Source of the DNA: a virus
Direction: 5' to 3' (one strand)
Length of the DNA stretch: 35,864 bases
Virus genome (UHGV): UHGV-0042415
This document shows, piece by piece, positions 35,380-35,864 of this stretch; position 1 is the first letter of the stretch, and the number at the start of each line of letters is the position of its first letter. The notes beneath the pieces were generated by a model. It was not told the DNA's origin and ran no database searches. It saw nothing but the letters and a program-made list of their open reading frames with translations. Both the position numbers and the translations under genes were made by a program.

Positions 35380-35568
35380 GGAAACCGCGACGGGGAGGCA
35401 ACTCCCCGTCAATCGGTTGCCAGGGTAAGGCCGATAAGGCACCCTATCTCATAGGCATGAATAACAACCCCACAGCGTAAAAACTGCGGGATTTCTTTTT
35501 GGGACTCTCACTAGCTAGTGAGCTGTTAACTGCACATAATGCTCGCACAACAAATCATTTAAAAGAGA

Positions 35569-35850
35569 TTACTCAGCATTCTCCTGCTTCCATTGCCGGA
35601 TCATTTCATCGGTAACATCACTTTCATAACATACCACGTCATACCCTCCAGTACGGCTATATGCACTGCGTCCACCACATCTACTACCATTCCTTGCATG
35701 ATTATACGGACACGCACAATTGCCTGGATAAGATTCAATGGATTCTTTAATTATTTCTTTCTTGATCTGAGCGTCTGACTTTCCTGTTGCTGCATACCCA
35801 CTAAAAGATACCAAACACAGGCAGATTGCCATTAATAAACCACATCGCAT
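35569..35850 (-). CDS. Small exported cysteine-containing protein of unknown function (possibly host flank)
   Basis: 93 aa; signal-peptide-like MRCGLLMAICLCLVSFSGYA; AT-rich; lies right of ogr and hok. Confidence 0.55.
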   Translation of the reverse strand: MRCGLLMAICLCLVSFSGYAATGKSDAQIKKEIIKESIESYPGNCACPYNHARNGSRCGGRSAYSRTGGYDVVCYESDVTDEMIRQWKQENAE

Positions 35851-35864
35851 ACCGATACACTCTA

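Noticed and set aside
1-35864. CRISPR arrays, tRNA/tmRNA genes and the attL/attR core repeat
   Set aside because: No regularly spaced repeat-spacer array and no cloverleaf-like tRNA segment were seen. Comparison of the first roughly 100 bp with 35050..35560 gave no convincing direct repeat of 10 bp or more, so att sites are left uncalled; an alignment to an uninfected host locus would be needed.

Overview
Almost the whole window is one integrated P2-like (Peduovirus-type) temperate prophage, probably in an enterobacterial host, running from a tyrosine integrase at the left edge (50..1051, minus) to the Ogr zinc-finger late activator at the right (34789..35049). All calls are made by eye from the sequence and the ORF track, using remembered family signatures; no search was run, and the att sites were not found. 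The layout is: int, then a lysogeny operon carrying two AT-rich cargo genes between repressor and int; a divergent rightward early operon of small genes ending in the rolling-circle initiator gpA; a ParM/ParR-like module; an AT-rich membrane-protein island and a roughly 600 bp non-coding region that probably holds cos; then the head genes Q, P, O, N, M, L, the lysis cassette, and the tail and baseplate genes. The best candidates for undescribed accessory systems are (a) the tail-anchored membrane protein plus exported protein between repressor and int, (b) the ParM/ParR module with the adjacent membrane-protein island at the tin/old-equivalent position, (c) the SPFH lipoprotein pair in the early operon, and (d) the alpha/beta-hydrolase moron between D and ogr. 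The FI-FII-E-T-U tail operon is inverted relative to G and D, unlike canonical P2. A hok-family toxin gene missed by the ORF track (under 60 aa) lies just right of ogr.
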